Made by a program: the position numbers and the translations under genes. Under the pieces are notes generated by a model. It was not told the origin of the DNA. It saw only the letters and a list, made by a program, of their open reading frames with translations, and did not search any database. Source: Phoronis australis (lineage: Eukaryota; Animalia; Phoronida). From it: DNA of 64,000 nucleotides. Positions within the stretch are counted from its first letter, which is position 1; each line of letters opens with the position of its first letter. Below are positions 12,901-24,750 of this stretch, one piece after another. The stretch is taken from positions 220,792 through 284,791 of the forward strand of contig NMRA01000289.1 of NCBI GenBank assembly GCA_002633005.1. Reading direction: 5' to 3'.

Positions 12901-15900
12901 CTCTAGCCAATCCAGTCATAGGCGTATTGTCTTGTTTGTTGGGTGTTTCGTAAGTGCGGGCAGGTAAACATATTTTCAACTGTTAAAGCCTATTATGAAC
13001 GGAATTTTGTTATTCTACGTGTATTGGGCTAGCCGGGTAGTCATAGCAAAGCCTTAGCAAAATGAGAAAATACGAATTCAATCACGCAAACGTAGGCACG
13101 TCAAATGATAGGTAAAGCTGCCGTTCCGTGCCCTATTGCGTAACCGCGAGATCACAGGCAAAAAAAAAGACCGATAACAGTTGTATTGAATAGGGGTCTG
13201 AATAGGACAACATTGCGTGCTGGTGTTATTCGCAGCTGTTTGAATTTAAAAAGGTGATTTTCGCGGCGACGTAGGCGAAAGCAATGAAGCCAATACGCCT
13301 ACATTTGACAATTCAAGAGCTATGCTCTTCACATACTTTTTAATCAATTTTTTCTGGTGTTACCGTTTAAGATTGGCTTTAATACAACGAAGTAACGACG
13401 TATGCACTTCTACATAACAATCTTGCGATGGTAAATATTCATTTGGAAGTGCTAGAGCCTTTAAGTCTTTATTCGAGAACAATTGTAAAAGCGTATCAGT
13501 AAACATGTTTGTGTTTATAAAATCTCGAGTGCCTAAGTTTGAAAATTATTTTGTCATTTGCTTCATGTTTTATTATATGGGAAAATTTGCATTAATATAA
13601 CCACAACAGTACATGCCTGACTATAGTCATGTCAGTGAAAAACAGTGTAAATAAAATTTATGCTACCATTTAAAGATAAACCTTGATCAGCAATGATCCT
13701 GTTGTAACAAGAACAGCATTGTACGTTCGAGTCACGGGTTCCTTCCACTACGACGGGCGCAGTTAGCCCGTATATATTGAGTATGACAGTTTGTAATTAC
13801 TTCCAACTTTACTCTCACAGATCGGCCTGAAGGTATACTTATAACATTTAATCACGCACACTGGGACGTCGTTAACAATGCGTGCCTTTGAATTTTTCTG
13901 CATTATGCAAGCGGTTACTTCTGACCCGACTTCTAATCGAAATACGCTTACAGTTTGTATGACCAGCAGCCTTGTGGATGATTAGGCCTATAGCCCACTC
14001 GATGACTTAAAACTGTCGGAAATAATCGGAAACGTAAAAAAGAAGCAGCGTTTGCCTACAAGTCCGCTTGTAGAAAAGGTAAGATAAAAAACTTCTTAAT
14101 GTGGAGATAGTCATTTACATAGCGAGGTGTTATAGGTTATGCGAGTGGCGTTCAACTCATGAACGCAGGACTCAACGGAGCGGTTTGTTTAGTGACCAGT
14201 GCAGACATCCCACATAAGGCAGTGCAATAAGCAGTCTGTTAGAAAACGACTGGGATGCTGGTATACTGCGGAATGGTGAATCATTAGAAGCTCTCTCGAA
14301 TCAATACAGCACCAGGAGCAAGTTACGCTTGAATTTCCTTTTCCAGGAGCCTTTTCACGTCGAAACTTGTCGACGTTATTTTACACAGATTTTGAACCGA
14401 GACTTACGCTGACCAGTCGGTGACAAAACTCCAGTCTTTGGTGTAGAGGCGTTTGCCGCGTAATCTGATTCGCGAGATTGCATAGAGTTTGGTCATCGGT
14501 TTTGGAACATTTTTCGGTGGGTGAAGTTTTTATATCTGCAATTTAGGATCGTACCGTTGCTGGAATTCGGCGTGATCGGGTATTTGTTTCCAACACTTGA
14601 ATATAGTTGGAAACAACACAGATGAATTTACCTAAGTTATAAATATAGAAATCACGAGACAACAACCTTCACGGCGTTTTTTAACAAGAAAATTAGCATT
14701 TTTTCTTAAATTTTAATAGAATAGCTGACTGATGTTTACTTCTCTACTTCATTAGTTTTGGGATCTCCACATTCAATGTACATATTAAATACATAGAACA
14801 GACATTCCTGTAGTTATGGTATAGTGTAACTGAAATAAATCTTCATTCGAACGTAATGTTTGTGTTGGTTGTACGATTACGTACGAAAGAAGGTCGTCTG
14901 TCATTCCTATATTTTTAAGGTAAGCGCGCTTCCATTGGTGATAAAGAATTTGTTCTGGTCGAAATGTTTTGACAGATTTTTCTTAGAATCGGTGGTTGAG
15001 CTACTGCTGAAGACAAAATACCTCTTGCTTTTTTGTTATTTTTTGTTGGGACTAACGATTGACTTAACAAACCTGGTGGGAAAATCTTGAATGTTTCAAA
15101 ACAAGTTTCAGGACAAAATGCAAACATTATTTGTACGTCGGTGGCATCATTGTTTGCTCCTAATTTTCCACTCTACGGGCCAACACGTTACAGATACTTC
15201 AGATACAATATCGCCGTCCCGGATTACACAAGTGAAGCCATGCGTGAACCACGACAACAACATGTTTGCAACAATGTTTTCTTACCACTAATGGCGTAGT
15301 TAAGGAGGGGGGATGGGTCGGTACCGATAGAGAGGACTGAGAACGGCATATGGACCTGGAGCGGCACAAACCTAGTGGTGCCTCATGTTCCAAAACATCT
15401 CATATTCGATATTATTTCATGAAAGCACAGGATAAGACTGCTTTGATTAGAAATGATCGAATCAAACAGGAATAACAGAGATTATGAATTAAACATAGAG
15501 CTTTTTTGCATTTTTGCTCAAAATCACTTTTAGAATCAAAAACAATTTCTGTACCTGGGATATTGATTCTTTTCACGAGGGGGGGCAGAATGTAAAGATG
15601 TCACCCCGATCGTAGCTTCGGACCTTACCTACTTCCTGCACCCTCACCCCGCCTTCGGCGTTGTGAACTCTGGTGACTCACACGTTCCCGTTGGCGTTGA
15701 ACGTGTAGCCGAAGCTCGCTAATGGAAGACTGTGCATACGTCAGCTTGAACTCGTGACTCACACATTCGCGTTAACGTGTAACCGAAACTTTCGCGGTTG
15801 AGTAGCCTACCAGGAGCGAGAAGGACCTGTGGATTCACGTATGCATTGCTGCAGCTGTAATGGTTAGGAATTCACATATTCTAGTACGAAGAAGTTCAAT

Positions 15901-17174
15901 ACACGAGTTCTCAAAAGAACACGTTGCTGTTTTATCACTGTGTATTTTAAGCCTGCCACCTGATCATACTACCTTTCCTCGCGACTCTCTTGGATCTACG
16001 TAACCGCGCAGGGAGATTTGAAGAACAGGCACAAATAACTTATCACTCACCACATATCTGTTGTTTTGTAAACTGTATTTATGCGACAATTAGATTCTAA
16101 GATTAAATAATAACACCGCTACTGCTGCTATGGTTTGAAAGGCCAGTTTGCTTTGACTGTTGTGAACAAGACACACATGTAATTGTAGCCATCGCCATTT
16201 TGCTGTACTCTAAGATATTCTTACTTGTGTTTATCATGTTCTGGCTGAGTTGCGTTCACTCTTGTCGAACTTCCCCGAAGTATCATTTTTCAAAAATTCG
16301 TGTCCAGATATAAATTTTACAGAATTATTGTAAAATAACAGGGTCACTCTATGAAATTCAGAAATATTTTTTTCTTACCATGCTTTTGTTTAATTCAACA
16401 TCTGCTATTAATGATTTTCCGTTTCAGTCCTTGGGGTGCCAGCTAATCGAGTCATGATGTGGACGTGTCTGCCGTGTACGAAACTCAAGAGAATTCAAAC
16501 GACGATATAAACTTATGAAAAACGTCGATCGACTAGCATTCCACTCAGGAGAAAATCACCAGCTATATAAAGAGGAAATGTTGTGAAAAATGCAAATCAC
16601 CATTCATTATTGCTTTAAAAATCATACGTGAAATTGATGACGTAATGTATGTTTACACCGGTTGACCAGCAAATAGGGCAATTGGCACGCCGGTACAAAA
16701 TATAGGCTGCTGTAACGGTTTGAATTACCCTACACACAAGTACGCTGATGGTTCTTGTCGGCTCATTAGTCGCTGATCTGGAACGTTTTGTCTTCTGTTG
16801 ATAAAATCACCTGACAGGTGTCCGTGATGATACTGTCTGTAACAGTCTGTAGGCCTGATGTACTCCCATGTTACTGATTAATTAGACCAGTGATGGATTG
16901 TGCGACAAATTGCTCATCAACAACTTGCGTGCTTGTTTATATATACGTGCGGAATGCTAAGCAGCTGAGGTTTGGGTGGACTGCTTTGTAAATCTGCGTA
17001 CGTCTGTAGTTAACACCTGGTTTGAATCATTTAGACTGTTTGAATTGATGATGTTATAACTGAAGGTACAAGAAACTTGCAGTAACACGAAAGAAGACTG
17101 AGGGAGAGGTTACAGCGGGCCCGGGAGTGAAGCTGTGTTGTTGTTGGCAAAATTGAACTATTGTAGCTAACCAA

Positions 17175-17571
17175 ATGACGGACAAAAATAAGAGACCGAA
17201 GTCAGAGTTTCAGAGGTGCGTCGGACACATCTACCGAGTAGCTTCCTCTCACATCGGACTAATTCTTCTTTTGGTAGCGTATTCGTTCTTGGGCGCAGCT
17301 ATATTCCAAGCGCTCGAAGGTGGACAAGAGAAACCGTTTTCGAACAGAACAAACATCACGGCAGCTAGGGAAAACTTTCTGAAACTTCTTTGGAATGAGT
17401 CATTTGCGGCAGTGGATTTGCAGAACTGGACTCAGCGTGTGCGCAGTTCACTAAATGAGTATGAGACAGTTTACGAAGAAGCCCTTATAAATGGCGATCT
17501 AGAGGAAAAGGGGGATCCGTGGGATTTCTGGGGTTCCCTCTTCTATGTGGGAACAGTGTACACGACAATAG
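17175..17571 (+). CDS. Two-pore-domain K+ channel (K2P, TWK/KCNK18-like invertebrate type), coding exon 1 of 2: M1, cap, pore helix 1
   Basis: HIGLILLLVAYSFLGAAIFQALE (M1), cap helices, then WDFWGSLFYVGTVYTTIG. Donor G|GTGAGT at 17571/17572, phase 1. Confidence 0.93.
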
Positions 17572-18865
17572 GTGAGTGAAATTTGTGGTAGAGACAGCTA
17601 CGGGTATATGACTGGGTATGTATAACACTAAGCAAGAAACGAGTAAGCAGACGTAAGAATTTCGCCAGGGAAGCTAGTTTGATCACGTGCTTTGCTTACG
17701 CATGAGGAGTCACTGAACAGTTCTCACAGGTTTTTGCCCATCAGAACACACGTCAATAGACTCTTCACCCTTTCTTCACTCTGTCAAAAACTGCATGCAA
17801 ATAAAGAAAACTTTTGAGTCGTTTCACATCACAAGTACTACAGATGAGCACAGAAACTTTGTTCTCTCTTGTATTTTTGACGCTTTCATTCCCAGAGGAA
17901 ACCAAGCTAGACTAAGAAAAATAAGGACAAAAAATGCAAAAATTATCACTTTTCACCCCAAAACCACCACTTCCCTGCCGATGCTCGACTAAAGCCAACA
18001 TTAGATTCCGAAAGCAAATGTCCTACCGATTCCAAAGATGAGGTCCAAAAGTACCGTCAACCAACTAGTTTTTTTGCAAATCTGGCTTGTTTGAGGGCTA
18101 CCTGAAATCACGGCCAATTTCTCAGTTGCTACACATCAATGCACAACTGCACCAGGGGGCCACCATCTTGAAGAAGAGTGCAGCTACAGCCAAGAAAAGG
18201 GCTTTTTTAATTCTCAGCATGTTCACAAATACAATCAAACCAAATTCGCTTTGCCTACATACAATACCTAACTAAAAATGCCCCCAAGCCTGGCCTATCC
18301 CTAGATTTTAATATTTTGGGAGTGCAAATTGGCCGAGGCAGCAGTCTAACTGTTCAGTGTCACCTGATGATATCTCTCGAAGTCAAGCGTGATCTTCCGT
18401 TTTCGCGAGTTTCGCGCGTCTACGGAACGCACGCCTATTTTGGCATTAAAGGATGCTGGTATGTTGCTAGTTGCGTGGCTTCCCTATTAATGAACTTGTC
18501 TCGGATTGTTCTGCGTTTGCAAGTTCAGTGTTAAACGAAAGTTCTGCACCATCGTTGCTGCTCCGGAATATCATGTCGATAGAGCTGAAATATTGTGAAA
18601 ATCGAGGGGATATTTAGACATTTTTTCACAGGAAGGTGCCATCAATCAGGTGATGCCGAAAGCCTAATCGGGAAACCACAAATATACACCAGTGAGTCAA
18701 ATGGAATACTATCGCGTTTAAGGGCCACCGCAATGGATAGTTGCAACTATGAGCTCAAATGTCTGCCTCACTTCTATTACTTAGCCTCTAGCTATGTTTC
18801 ACTTGAGGTAAATAGCTCGGCGCGTAACTACTCGTCTACGCTCGCCCAAAGTAAAACACTATTAA

Positions 18866-20864
18866 AGTAAAATGCCACCTGATTTAATTAGTTTTTTACA
18901 GTCTTAATCGGACTATATCCACATCGCCTCTTATACGGTCGACCTCACCTTGCCGAGAGGTGTCGCGTTAACCGGTGAAGAATGTGAGAAACAACGCAGC
19001 GACGTCAGTGGTTCATCTGCAGAGTGAATGCCGCTATATTGTGGTGCATCGTTTCCGCTTGTCCGAACTATCAAGCTGCGAAGAAAGCGGGTATGTCGTT
19101 TTTCGACTTCCTCGAGAGCCCGAAATGCTTAGGAAGTGGCTTGCGGTAGAGGAGAATGAAAAGTACTCTGTTAATAGGCATTGAAACATCTCCGTGTCTG
19201 TAGCCGACATTTCGTCGACAGTGGTTTCTCTGACGAATTCCGGCTTACCAAAGAACTATCCATACGTTGCGTTGCCTGTGCATGTTCACGGCGCATCTAG
19301 TATTTCGTCATTAGTGTATTCCGGGTCGAACTGATAGCCTGTGACACCTAACGATCCGACCCGTGGACTCTTCGTCGCATTACCTCTCGACTAAAGAGCC
19401 GTTTACACTACAAAAATTGACACGGATCAGCTGACACGGAATGAGTTGTTCCAGCGCAAGTATGTGTGCAAACGGGACTGAACTGGAGCAAATAGACACC
19501 GCGGTGACAAATTTTGCCACACGTTTGTGAGATAGAGCAATTTGCCCCCGAACATCTTGCCTCGAGTCAATTATATGTCTAAACACGAAACTGGGGCAAT
19601 GCGGAAATGATCATCTCTACTGCCCTTGCCTAATGACCTACGTACGGGTTCTTTATCTCTGCAACTCTCGTCATTTGTAAACCTGCGCATGTGGGATCTA
19701 GTCTATCCAGCCTGCACTTTCAGTCTTGCCATAGTTAATGTGTATAAAAAAGCCGCTTGACACGGGTCAATTTGCTCGACCTCAGTTGCGCCGGGCCAAA
19801 AGTTGATGTCTATATGGGACTTAAGTCGGGATTGGCCCCGGGCGAGTTGCCATATGTTTATTATTCTGCGTTCTGTTTCAAAATGAATTATTCTCACCCT
19901 AACCAATGCTTATATAAAACCTCAACAAAGTCTGTCTCATTAGATAGAATTTGTAATGCCTTTGGAGTATTCGTGAGTGCAAATGTTTTAAGAAGCCAGC
20001 AATGAATAAACCACTGTGTTACCGGCTTTAGCTGCAATAAAAGTAATTGACCGGGCACCGAGGCCGTGTGAGCGCATGCTAATTCAGTGTTTGCTGACAG
20101 AAAGTTGTTGTGAAGCAATAACTCGGTTTTATATTTTATTGTCACATGTTAGGGGAATCTTTATTTAGATATTCAAATACATTATACAAATCATTGCTAC
20201 TGCACAACCTTTGGCCTGACGGTTTTGTGGAAGGGGAACCTGACTTCGCGGCCCCCGACAAGTAAGTAGATTTTCAGTTTCGTGACTTATTCACCTAAAT
20301 AATTGCGTGAACACTATTTTTTGGCTCTGCATTATAGTATTTTCATGACTAGAGGTTTAGTTGCCAACTTAAGCTGGTTTATGTTCGTGATGTTCAGTCC
20401 CGGCGGCCGCGACGGGCCTGATCGGGTTCCGAGCCACTGGAGCCTTTTGTGTGTTTAGAACTGAAAAAATCGCAAGTCTAAAAGTACAACACACAACTAT
20501 GTTCCCCCGTCTGTATTTCACGGAAGAATGACTCGAATTTATCTCCTAACACACCTGAACTCCCGCCGCGATCGACCATGGTAAATTGGTCTACCGAACT
20601 CTGTAGGCTATGGTATGAAATAAAACAACACGTTTGTTCAAGAACTCGATGTATTTGTAAGGGGTTTACATCGCATTTTGATGATTTATTGGTGTAAAAC
20701 GATGAATTCAAGCCATAATTTGACACCATGCAGTAAGCGAATCGTGGACGGCTGAATAGGCTGCCGTTAGGTGTCAGGTAATACAACTGAACGTGCTGTT
20801 ATCGAGTGGAACTTCTCGATCTAGATTGATGCAAAATAGGTTGTTTTTTGGGTGGCATTTTCCT
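18866..20864 (+). mobile_element. Non-autonomous Kolobok-like DNA transposon with decayed THAP domain (in K2P intron)
   Basis: TTAA|AGTAAAATGCCACC ... GGTGGCATTTTCCT|TTAA gives a 14-bp TIR (13/14) with TTAA on both sides. A frameshifted THAP motif lies at about 19040..19220: CIVSACPN..FRLPREPEMLRKWL..KHLRVCSRHF. Confidence 0.8.
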
Positions 20865-23299
20865 TTAAAGCTGCTGAAATGATGTAGACCAAACACTGTT
20901 TGTCAGATTGAGATATCCTGTTTCTCCCGTTTACTACGGTGATCATTCTGAACTGCATTTTAAGCGGCGATGATGATATTAGTGATGCTAGTAATATTGG
21001 CAAATGGTGCACTTATGATATCAATTATTGCCGAACACATAATGGAAATTCACAAAAACGATAAATCTTGTGGGAATGCAGGGAAGTATCTTGGATGTTA
21101 AGTCAGGGGCGCCACGGCAGAGTATTAGCCAGGATTTTGCCCGTCAGGCATTTGCACCCCCGAACTGCCAAATGGAATCTGGTAGAATTTGGGGGGTGGA
21201 CTCCACTGAAATTTCGAAAACGGTTTTGAAGACCAAGAGATTGACGATTCGTCTCGAAGTGAACGACGCCGACAGAATCAGACCAGGTCTATTTATAAGC
21301 GGTGGTAACAATTCCACCTGCGATCTTTTAACTAATCCCAGTTCCGGACTAGTTGAAACCAAATAGCGTAGGCTATAAATTCCACGCAAGCTCCGAAATA
21401 AATTGAGCTGAATTATTTCTTATTAAACCACTTGAAAGGATTTATGAGGTCGCACAAACTTCAATAACCTAATGCTAATAATGCCACAAGGATTAAAAAC
21501 CTGGGTTTAGAAGAGGTTTTCTGCTTCTGTTTGCTAAATAGATGCTGTCAGAAACATAGCTACGGATACAATAAGTACAACATTGCATGCAGAGTAAAGT
21601 ATCCAGTCCAATCTTTGAATTTCGTTTGTAGAAAAACAAGGTTACAACCGTGTAAAATTTTACAATTCAGAGGTCGGAAAACTTTTTGCAGTTGGCCCCT
21701 CCGAACGGAATAAGTGACCCATGTTCAGTCCACTACTTGAAGAATGAAATATGCTAGCAGGGATAGACGCAGGATTTTGCTTTAGCGAGGACTCGTGCTA
21801 AGGAAGTGGGACTATTTTGAATTTTTGAAACGAATTAGAATACAAAAGAAATGAAGGGATATTTAACCTCGTTTTGAAGTGAAATTGTACTTCGGATTAC
21901 TTGGTCTTTTCATTTTTAAAGCGCTCGTTTTTACATACTTTTGGAGACAAATTGGCTTCAGGTTATTGCAACGGAGACTCATAAATGATTATTGTTTACC
22001 GATACGTTATAAGAAATACTAATCAGCAGTCAATTTTTTGGCAAAATAAGGTAGCTGCCTGCAAGTGCCAATGAAACGTATGCTTTGTTATCAACATTTC
22101 TCTTGCTTTGTTGTTGTCAGTAGCGAGTCACTCGACAGCGCCATTCGGACACACTGTACCGATGACAAAACCTCATGTACTCAGAATGCAACGACATTTT
22201 CGAGTGGCCACTGTTCTTTCAATGAAAGAGTGAATTAGCCGATTTAACACACACGTAATAAAAAACGTAACAACTATGCATCTAGGAACCCAGCTTGCCA
22301 AGCCATTTAGGTAGTCAATGTTCGTAGCAGAATGAAACTGAAAACAGATATGATGGAAAACAGACTGCGATCGAATTTCAGCACTTCACCCTGTTTTCTA
22401 AAGGCGCCACCTATTGGAAGGAAGATAGTTGAAGTATTTATGTGATATTGATCTCCGAGCATTATGCACTTTTGATATCATAGGCCGGGGGAACTGTCCA
22501 AATCACATGTCTTTTGATCAGCTGGCGCGAAAATTAGTATTCACTGCTTATGAAATCGTCAGAACGTGATGTCTTACCTCGGTGTCTTTCTATAACCACA
22601 TTAGTTGAGGGGTATCTCATTTTTCTTTCTCAGCTGGGTTGATTAGCTATGCAGGCCATGTACGGCATGAGTGCAGAGTATTTTTAGTCGTCGTCTGATC
22701 TTCCACACATCAAGTTTAATTGGAAGTGCTACGGCGGAGTATATCGTCTTGGCAATTTCGGACAAACGTCGATATCTTGGTTGCCAGGGCTCACACTCTG
22801 ATGTCTCTGATAGCGTGTGAGCAGCCAACCAATCTAGAGGGTCTGTGGAGGAGACAAAAGCGTTTACTGTACTGCAGTCACCCTCTTGTGTTCAGACAAA
22901 GAACTAATGATCATACATCGTGGTTTAGGCCTAACCATTGCACAGCCTCACCCTCGGCTTGTTTATTGCAAAGTGCCGCAGGTTGCCACTCATTTTACCA
23001 TCCACGGTCGCCATCAGTGTCGAGTTTGGGTCTTCCCTGTATATACCTCTGGCTGACCATTGACAAAGCGATAATAAATGGACAACCTCGGTGAGAAAAG
23101 TAACTTCTTTTAAGAACAGCAACAGCGCGGAATCGAAATCACTTGCTCCGTAGCAGCAACCCGACGCTATTTCGCTGAGGTAAATCGATGTGAACTCCTT
23201 GAAATATGGGTGTTCTGTGCTTGCTGCCATTAGCTAGAAAGCATCCTTATCGATAATTTCGTTCCCTAATCTCAAATCATCTGGGATGCCGCGTCCCCA

Positions 23300-23780
23300 A
23301 TGTTGATTAGACGTCGGTCATCATTTGGAGTGCCACCTGTTGTAATAGCCATAGTTCATCACGGATCTGAGCACTGTCTGCAGCAACTATTTCATCGACG
23401 TTGTGCTGATCCCCAAGAACTCCATCTGGCTCTACATGCTGCTCCCGATGGAACCTATACACCTCACCTCGACTGGTAAACACAAATATTTCTAGCCAGC
23501 TACTGAACAGTCATTGGAAAAATCTTAAGCCTCTTTCTGTCATTGAACTTTGTCAGGACTCCCATGGCAGTTCAACAATGATGACCGTCTTCGTACTATC
23601 TGACCACAACACCAGGTCATATCCGAGTGTCATCAGACGTATAAGGCTTGGAAATACATTCCATGGACTTACATCCACAACCAGCACCACTGGACCTTTT
23701 CTCTTTGCTGGTGAACCTTCTCTAAAACGCGGTCACAGGACTGTCAGTGTTGATAACCGTCTTCGTTCTTTGTAGGTCAA
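23300..23780 (-). mobile_element. Degenerate non-LTR retrotransposon fragment with restriction-like endonuclease (HERO/R2-group-like)
   Basis: Minus-strand YDLVLWSDSTKTVIIVEL-PWE and downstream LPVEVRCIG resemble the RPDxVLWS..IIVELTVPWE and PVEVGCRG motifs. Many stops; boundaries approximate. Confidence 0.6.
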
Positions 23781-23974
23781 AAATAGCTTATCTTGTCTTC
23801 ATTTATTTTTTCTTCCACTCAAGCCGTCTTACAAGATGACAAAATGTATTGTAAAGTGTAAGTGTAGTTTAATGATAAAGACACCGCAAAACCGATCAGG
23901 TGCTTTCGGTAATTGATGCCTTTTTGAATAAGAAAAAGTCCCTTGCCACCTATGTTTCAATTTTTATTTTACAG

Positions 23975-24600
23975 GATATGGTCATATATCACCAGTTACA
24001 ACAGCTGGTCGGGTGGTCACGATGATTTATGCCACCATCGGGATCCCACTTTGTCTTATACTGTTGGCGGACTTGGGTAAACTCTTTACCAGAGCAATAA
24101 AATTCCTATGGTCCTTCATAAGGCGCTGCTATTACACAGGCAAATGCACGAAGAAAAGCCGTTCATCCCCACCACCGAACGAAAAGGGCGAGATGGCGTC
24201 AAACGACGAAGTAGACTTTATTTACGCAGTTGATGACGAATTCAATCTTCCAGTTCCGGTGGCCATTTTAATTACTATAGCCTACATTTTCGTGGGTGCC
24301 GGAATGTATCGAGGATGGGAGAGTACTTGGACTTATTTAGACGCTTTCTACTTTATATTTATTTCTATAAGCACGATCGGCTTCGGAGACATAGTTCCCG
24401 AACATCCTCGGTATTTTATCATAACATGTATTTACATATTCATCGGCCTTGCTTTGGTATCGATGTGCATCAACGTTATCATAACTTTTTTCACCAACAC
24501 TCTCGATAAGGCAGGTCAACGAGTGACCCACGGTCTGCAAAGAACTATGAAAATCCCATTGGAAGACTGCGAGAACGAACAAATCAGGTTTGACCAATGA
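23975..24600 (+). CDS. K2P channel coding exon 2 of 2: completes GYG filter, M2, M3, pore 2, M4, stop (spliced protein 340 aa)
   Basis: Acceptor TTTTTATTTTACAG|GA. Splicing gives TTIGYGHISPVTTAGRVVTMIYATIGIP. Second pore is WTYLDAFYFIFISISTIGFGDIVP. 397+626 nt = 341 codons including stop. Confidence 0.95.
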
Positions 24601-24744
24601 TTTAACAAATATGTTTAAAGTTCGAAAAATATTTCCTCTCGCAACAACCTTGAGGATAATTTTTTCTTTGTCTTTACTAATTCAAAACGTTTCTTCAGTT
24701 TCTTAAAATTTGCATGTGTTTTGGACCAAAAAACTTCCCGTGTT

Positions 24745-24750
24745 AATAAA
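24745..24750 (+). terminator. Candidate polyadenylation signal of the K2P gene
   Basis: AATAAA about 145 nt after the stop codon. Confidence 0.35.
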
